Of a stretch of 21,028 bases of DNA, positions 16,235 to 21,028 are shown piece by piece. The DNA lies in NCBI GenBank assembly GCA_049423385.1, contig JBMSQQ010000061.1, positions 1-21,028 of the forward strand. Direction: 5' to 3'. Source of the DNA: Silvanigrellaceae bacterium. Its GTDB lineage: Bacteria > Bdellovibrionota_B > Oligoflexia > Silvanigrellales > Silvanigrellaceae. The position numbers were made by a program, and so were the translations under genes. Numbering within the stretch: position 1 is the stretch's first letter; every line of letters starts with the position of its first letter. The notes under the pieces are model-generated. The model worked only from the letters and a program-made list of their open reading frames with translations. It was not told the DNA's origin and made no database searches.

Positions 16235-17188
16235 GTGAGCCAACAACAAGTTGAAAGCGGAATCAGGGCGTCTTCTCGTCGAGGGAATCCAAGATTCTTG
16301 AGTCAGCAATTGGGGATTCCAGTTCAGGACGTTCTCAATGCCATTGAATTTGCTCAGCTCGAGGCCACCGAAGGTGAGGGGGGAAGCATTGAATACGAAT
16401 TCAATTCGGTGATGACGGCTTATCTTGAACAAAACAGGCTCAAGGAGAAAAGCCAATCCGCGATGATGCAGGGCGTTGTCCGCGAGTGCATTGAAGCTTG
16501 CCAGGATGCATTGCGCCAGATGATTCGCGATGAAAATCGCGTCGCATATCAGATCAAGGACATGACAGAATCTCGGTTTCTCGAAGTCTTGGGTCAGGTG
16601 AGTTTGTCGCTCGGACGAATGGAGGCGTTTGTCATGCAGGCTGCGCGTATGCTGAGCCAACTCGACATGCGCTTGGCACGGCATGAATCGACAATCGAAA
16701 ATTTCAGGCAAACAACGCCAGACACGACGCCCCAGCAAAAAAAGACTGATGAACAAAAAGCGAACCCTGAGCCTGGTCCAAAAAGTCCAGCCCGGGCGAT
16801 GTCGAATTCCGAGCACTGGAGAGAATTTGAGGGACAAGTGACACGGAGTTTTGCGGCATCAGGGAGGATGTCTGAAAATGCGGTTTCGGAATGGATGAGC
16901 ACGGCGAAAGCTGTCTTGAATCTTGGCAGCCTCGAACTGCGTCTGAACGGTGAGCATCTGTTGGAAGGAATTCGGCCTGCGCTGATGGACACCAGCTTTT
17001 CATCACTTCATTTCTCATTGCCAGCCGACGAAAGTGTTTTGCCCGCCTTTGAAAACTTTCAGGATTGGGTGCGCATCCAGCGCGAAAAGGGCCATTCGGC
17101 TATTCTCCTCTATCTTGTACTTGTTCTCAATCGCGGACCGCAAATTTCGTGGTCTGGATTTGTGACGACGTTCATCAACGAGGCCTGA
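16235..17188 (+). CDS. Hypothetical protein with possible N-terminal HTH, central coiled coil, Pro/Gln/Lys linker and C-terminal domain (317 aa)
   Basis: GGAGG at 16225-16229 precedes in-frame GTG 16232/16235. PRFLSQQLGIPVQDVLNAIEFA has an HTH-like pattern, LGRMEAFVMQAARMLSQLDMRLARHESTIE is heptad-like, linker TTPDTTPQQKKTDEQKANPEPGPKSP. Confidence 0.65.
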   Translation: MSQQQVESGIRASSRRGNPRFLSQQLGIPVQDVLNAIEFAQLEATEGEGGSIEYEFNSVMTAYLEQNRLKEKSQSAMMQGVVRECIEACQDALRQMIRDENRVAYQIKDMTESRFLEVLGQVSLSLGRMEAFVMQAARMLSQLDMRLARHESTIENFRQTTPDTTPQQKKTDEQKANPEPGPKSPARAMSNSEHWREFEGQVTRSFAASGRMSENAVSEWMSTAKAVLNLGSLELRLNGEHLLEGIRPALMDTSFSSLHFSLPADESVLPAFENFQDWVRIQREKGHSAILLYLVLVLNRGPQISWSGFVTTFINEA

Positions 17189-17218
17189 TACTTTTGAATT
17201 CATCGGGGTGGTGCAGGC

Positions 17219-18490
17219 ATGTGGAAAGCACTTGTCGTTGATGTGATGAACCCGATGGGTGCACTCGTCGCTCAGGAAGTGCGTGAGTGTCACTCGGCAC
17301 AGGTTTACGGTTCGACGCGCGACGCAATGTTTCTTGCCGCCTGGAAATTGGCCATCGATCCGGGAACCAACCTGCACGCGGGTTTCAATTCCAGGATGGT
17401 GTTGCTCGAAAGTCTCGAACGCATCGTGCAAATTGCGCTTGAGCTTCTGGATCATCCCATGAACAAGAGTGACGACACGTTCATTGGTTCATTGAGGGAA
17501 CCCAAAACCAGCGTGGACAGAAACATCAGTCCCCCGTTCGAAGTTCCGTTGGAAATCAAATTGCGCGAAGAGGTCCTCTATTTTTTTGGCAGTCTTACAG
17601 CTCTTGGCAGCAAATTGCCGCTCATCGAACGAATCCGGAGCTTTGAATACTTGTCCGCGGTTGTCGGGCAATCCGATGAGTTTTTTCCGATGACAGTGGG
17701 TGAAAATCTGGGTGCCGAGATGCGTTCGAATTTCGAGTTTTTAACATCGTTGCATCACATACAGTCGAATGCCCGGCAAACTGGCCGCATCAAGCGTCTT
17801 TGTGACGTCGAGCAAAGGTTGCAAGACATCTGTTGCAAGGCAACGACCTTGCAGTACGACAAGAACCAGGACGCACAGATCACCTGGGAGTTGGCGCGCG
17901 TGCACAAATCCGATGAACAGGGCGCTGGCGTCTTGTTTTTGCCGTCGGCATCGGGTGGAGGACTGTCGCCCGAGGAAATGCGTTCTGCGACTGTCCGACA
18001 ATTGTCCGCAGGAAGGAACAAATTTCTTCTGGTTGATTCTTTTCATCATCGACTGCGTTGGATGGAACGCCTGAACCGCACACGTCAGCGGGTGATCTTT
18101 TCAGAAATCCAACAGGATCCATTGCGCGCACGCAGCAACTTCGAATCGCGCAGTGGCCGCACGCGGATTGCGGTTTTGTCTGGTAAGACGCTCGCATTTC
18201 TTTCCGAGATCAAAGCGTCCGAGCTTTTCCGCTCCCTGCCGATTGCAGTTCAGGAGATTGTCGATACTGCCTTGGAGATTGATGAAATTCGAAGAATCGA
18301 GAGTTGGGGTGAACCACCTTCATTCGATTTCATCGATCTTGTCGAGACACTCGCAGTTTGCGGATTCGAAATAAAATCGGGCCAGGTGCTGCAATCGTTG
18401 ACCAAAACAGGCATGCCCAAGTTTTTGGATGCAACATTGCGGCAGCAATCGATCGACAGCCAAAGTTGTTTCAGAGTGCTCTCTGAATAA
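17219..18490 (+). CDS. Hypothetical cytoplasmic protein (423 aa)
   Basis: Long ORF with globular-protein composition, 30 nt downstream of and co-oriented with the previous gene. No signal peptide or family motif recognised. Confidence 0.65.
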   Translation: MWKALVVDVMNPMGALVAQEVRECHSAQVYGSTRDAMFLAAWKLAIDPGTNLHAGFNSRMVLLESLERIVQIALELLDHPMNKSDDTFIGSLREPKTSVDRNISPPFEVPLEIKLREEVLYFFGSLTALGSKLPLIERIRSFEYLSAVVGQSDEFFPMTVGENLGAEMRSNFEFLTSLHHIQSNARQTGRIKRLCDVEQRLQDICCKATTLQYDKNQDAQITWELARVHKSDEQGAGVLFLPSASGGGLSPEEMRSATVRQLSAGRNKFLLVDSFHHRLRWMERLNRTRQRVIFSEIQQDPLRARSNFESRSGRTRIAVLSGKTLAFLSEIKASELFRSLPIAVQEIVDTALEIDEIRRIESWGEPPSFDFIDLVETLAVCGFEIKSGQVLQSLTKTGMPKFLDATLRQQSIDSQSCFRVLSE

Positions 18491-18625
18491 GCAATTATTT
18501 GAAAAAATCCTTCAACACAGATTCCCATCGGTGGCAAGTTGGCGCCGAAAATCTCCTGACTCACTGGCCAATTCACAGACCCGCTACGATTGCAGAGCAC
18601 GAAAAAATACGGTGAGGGGGGACGG

Positions 18626-19876
18626 ATGAAAATATCGAGTTGCGCAATTTGGTTGGGTGCAGTGTGTCTTTGGGCCTCCCAGGGAGTGGCTCAGGCATCG
18701 GAATCCGGGAACAAGACATTTCTCAAATTCCGCAACGAGTCTGCGTTGACCCACTACCTGCAACAGAATCCAGGCAGCACTCGAGTGCATCGCGGTTTGA
18801 TGTGGGTGGAAACTTCGTCAATTTCGCGCGGCACTTTCACCGAGAGTGTCCAGCAATCGCTGGGCATCGACACGGTTGAAGAAGATCACGCCGGTTATCG
18901 GATTCCCAAACCAGTGGTGCCAGAGGCAATGCCGGCAAACCTCCCCGGTGCAAAACTTTGGGGCATCAAGAAAATTCAGAGCATGACAGCCTGGAATTCG
19001 ACCCAGGGAAGCGCAGATGTTGTTGTGGCTGTTGTGGATACCGGTATCGATTTCAATCACCCTGCGCTCAGGGAAAATATCTGGATCAACCAGGCCGAGA
19101 AAAATGGTCAACCAGGAGTCGATGACGACGGCAATGGTTATGTCGATGACATTCACGGTGCCGATTTCATTTCGGGCAAACCAACTCCGCTCGACGACGA
19201 AGGACATGGCAGCCACGTGGCAGGCACCATCGCGGGCCGACTTCCTGCGGATGAATTTTACGGAGTTGCACCGGAAGCGCGCCTGATGGCGGTGAAGACC
19301 CACAACACCAAGGGTGAAGGCAGCAAAGCTTCGGTCGTGAAGGGCATTTTGTATGCTGCAGACAACGGTGCGCGGGTTCTGAATTGTTCCTGGGGTGGTG
19401 CACCCGAGGCAGGTGAGTATGACCAAATGCTTTTTGATGCGATCGAATACGCAAACAAAAAAGGAGCAGTGCTGATTGCTTCTGCGGGCAATGCAGCTGC
19501 CAACAACGACACCGGAATGCACTTTCCGTCAAATTACGATTTGCCCGGAATTATTTCTGTGGCTTCGTCGACCAGCACAGACACGCGATCGTATTTTTCC
19601 AATTACGGATCTCGGACAGTCGACCTTGCGGCGCCTGGTTCAAACATCTGGAGCGTCACGGCGGGCGGAAAGAGCTATGAGTATCTTTCTGGAACCAGCA
19701 TGGCATCACCGCACGTTTCAGGTGCTGCAGCGTTGTTGGCCTCCACTCCGGCTGGCCGCAGCATGAGTCCAGCGCAGATCCGCGAAACGCTCATGAACAA
19801 TGTCGAAAAGTTGCAGGACTGGTCGACCCGGGTGATTTCGGGTGGACGCCTGGATGTGTCTTTTATTGGAAGGTGA
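18626..19876 (+). CDS. Secreted subtilisin-like serine protease (peptidase S8) (416 aa)
   Basis: Signal peptide (MKISSCAIWLGAVCLWASQGVAQA) and a short prodomain. Catalytic triad VAVVDTG, HGSHVAGTIAG, GTSMASPHVSG, oxyanion SAGN, acidic insert GVDDDGNGYVDDIHG. RBS GAGGGGGG before ATG 18626. Confidence 0.95.
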   Translation: MKISSCAIWLGAVCLWASQGVAQASESGNKTFLKFRNESALTHYLQQNPGSTRVHRGLMWVETSSISRGTFTESVQQSLGIDTVEEDHAGYRIPKPVVPEAMPANLPGAKLWGIKKIQSMTAWNSTQGSADVVVAVVDTGIDFNHPALRENIWINQAEKNGQPGVDDDGNGYVDDIHGADFISGKPTPLDDEGHGSHVAGTIAGRLPADEFYGVAPEARLMAVKTHNTKGEGSKASVVKGILYAADNGARVLNCSWGGAPEAGEYDQMLFDAIEYANKKGAVLIASAGNAAANNDTGMHFPSNYDLPGIISVASSTSTDTRSYFSNYGSRTVDLAAPGSNIWSVTAGGKSYEYLSGTSMASPHVSGAAALLASTPAGRSMSPAQIRETLMNNVEKLQDWSTRVISGGRLDVSFIGR

Positions 19877-19904
19877 TTTTCGGGCAGCGGGTTTTCTCGT
19901 GCAG

Positions 19905-19951
19905 AAAAAAAGAGCGGGGATGGCAGTCTGTGGACCCATCCCCGCTCTTTT
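19905..19951. terminator. Bidirectional rho-independent terminator
   Basis: Perfect 16-bp inverted repeat AAAAGAGCGGGGATGG(19908-19923)/CCATCCCCGCTCTTTT(19936-19951) with a 12-nt loop. U7 tail on the minus strand and U4 on the plus strand, between convergent genes. Confidence 0.9.
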
Positions 19952-19964
19952 CGATTTGCGCAAC

Positions 19965-20894
19965 TTATTGCGCGTTGCTCGTGGAGGCGGGGGCCTTGTC
20001 GAGCGTGTTGAGAGCTTCGAAGCCTGGCAGCTTGCTCAGGTCGGGCACCACAACAATTTCCACCCGGCGGTTGGCAGCTCGGCCTTCCTTGGTGTCATTT
20101 GCGCGCGCGGGTTTCGCCTCGCCATAGCTGGCGGCGCTGATGCGGGTGTCGGTCATTCCGGCGTCGACCATCTTCTTGACCACCGAAATGGCACGTGCGG
20201 CTGCGAGTTCCCAGTTGCTCGCAAACTTGCCGCCACTGATGGCGACGTTGTCGGTGTGGCCTTCGACCTGGAACTTCTTGTCTGGAATCGACTGCAGCAA
20301 TGCCGCGACTTCCTGCACAGCCTTTTGTCCGTCGGACGTGAGCATGGATGAACCGCTCTTGAACAACAGGTCGCTGTTGAGGGCCACCACCATGCGCCCA
20401 TCAACCATGCGCACGCGCAGCTTGCCGGCGTCGATCATCGACTTGAATTTCAGAAGCAGCTCTTGATACTCGGCAACGCGTTTTTCGGTTTCAGCCTTGT
20501 TCTTTTCCATCTCAGCCAAGGCGGTGCGGAGTTTGTCGTTGTCGGATTGAACCTGGGTCAGCGACCCTTCCAGCATCGACTTGTCTTTGCTGACGGCTGT
20601 TACAGTCTTTTCAAGGCTGGTTGCCTTTTGCTCGAGTGTGGTCGCTTTTTGTTCCAAAGAGCTGGCTTTGGCTTCAAGGTTGGTGGCCTTCTTGCTCAGG
20701 TCCGAGGATTTGGCCGACTCGCTCTTGAGCGAGGTGCTGAGTTCGTTGACTGCCTTGTCGCGCCGCGCGAGTTCCTCTTCGGTCGACTTGAGGCGCGTTT
20801 CAAGCGCTTCGTACTTGGATTTGCTCACGCAGCCGGCGGAGAGCAGGATGAGGCATGCCGTTGACGGCAACAAAATGGATTTGATCTTTTGCAT
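19965..20894 (-). CDS. OmpA/MotB-family peptidoglycan-binding lipoprotein with long coiled coil
   Basis: Lipobox LSAG-C22 followed by VSKSKY, then a long coiled coil. OmpA_C motifs LLFKSGS, QVEGHTDN, NWELAAARA, SYGEAKP, NRRVEI. RBS AAGGGAG. Confidence 0.92.
   Translation of the reverse strand: MQKIKSILLPSTACLILLSAGCVSKSKYEALETRLKSTEEELARRDKAVNELSTSLKSESAKSSDLSKKATNLEAKASSLEQKATTLEQKATSLEKTVTAVSKDKSMLEGSLTQVQSDNDKLRTALAEMEKNKAETEKRVAEYQELLLKFKSMIDAGKLRVRMVDGRMVVALNSDLLFKSGSSMLTSDGQKAVQEVAALLQSIPDKKFQVEGHTDNVAISGGKFASNWELAAARAISVVKKMVDAGMTDTRISAASYGEAKPARANDTKEGRAANRRVEIVVVPDLSKLPGFEALNTLDKAPASTSNAQ
20607..20690 (-). repeat. Four tandem 21-bp (7-aa) degenerate repeats within the coiled coil
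   Basis: KATNLEA-KASSLEQ-KATTLEQ-KATSLEK, preceded by the more degenerate KSSDLSK. Confidence 0.8.
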
Positions 20895-21028
20895 CGAGAA
20901 TCTCCCTTGTTATCTTCAAGAGGGAATTTTTTCTCATGTCGGACGCGAAGGCAAGGGAGCAAAACATGACTGTCAATACCAAGTGGCTGCCGTTGGCAAC
21001 TTTGGGCATCGGTTTGGTTGGGGGGTGG

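Noticed and set aside
18544..18551. GCCGAAAA upstream of the S8 protease as a sigma-28 -10 box
   Set aside because: No matching -35 at 15-nt spacing (it reads CCAT).
19965..20894. Calling this gene flagellar motB
   Set aside because: It has a lipobox rather than the MotB transmembrane helix with the conserved Asp, and no motA is visible.
20971..20976. Perfect TTGACA on the minus strand upstream of the OmpA/MotB gene
   Set aside because: No plausible -10 hexamer at 16-18 nt spacing (it reads TGCCTT at 17 nt).
20800..21009. 69-aa minus-strand ORF upstream of the OmpA/MotB gene
   Set aside because: It overlaps that gene by 95 nt in another frame and covers its RBS and probable promoter region, with no recognisable features.
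1..21028. CRISPR arrays, tRNA/rRNA, IS elements, integrases, phage or anti-phage defence genes
   Set aside because: I saw no spaced repeats, RNA gene signatures, or transposase, integrase or nuclease motifs. Intergenic gaps are all under about 200 nt.

Overview
Gene-dense bacterial chromosomal window of moderate GC. I found no rRNA, tRNA, CRISPR array or mobile element. In order it contains: the 3' end of a probable outer-membrane beta-barrel gene; a vWA/MIDAS lipoprotein; a two-gene ABC exporter whose halves carry the motifs of the N- and C-terminal halves of eukaryotic ABCC/MRP transporters; a translationally coupled sugar operon (GH38 alpha-mannosidase/MngB-like, DUF4434-like TIM-barrel protein, N-acylglucosamine 2-epimerase, sodium:solute symporter); a monoheme CxxCH lipoprotein; a patatin-like lipoprotein lacking the canonical DGG; a stand-alone receiver protein divergent from two orphan genes, with back-to-back sigma-28 (FliA)-like promoters and a 9-bp direct repeat between them; a secreted S8 subtilase; a bidirectional terminator; and an OmpA/MotB-domain coiled-coil lipoprotein. 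The gene content resembles Bdellovibrionota/Oligoflexia or myxobacteria-like organisms, which is an inference. The best candidates for undescribed biology are the GH38-DUF4434-AGE-SSS operon (a possible mannose/ManNAc glycan scavenging pathway with an uncharacterised glycosidase), the split MRP-like exporter, and the divergent FliA-type module with an HTH/coiled-coil orphan. All family assignments come from motif recognition, not database searches.
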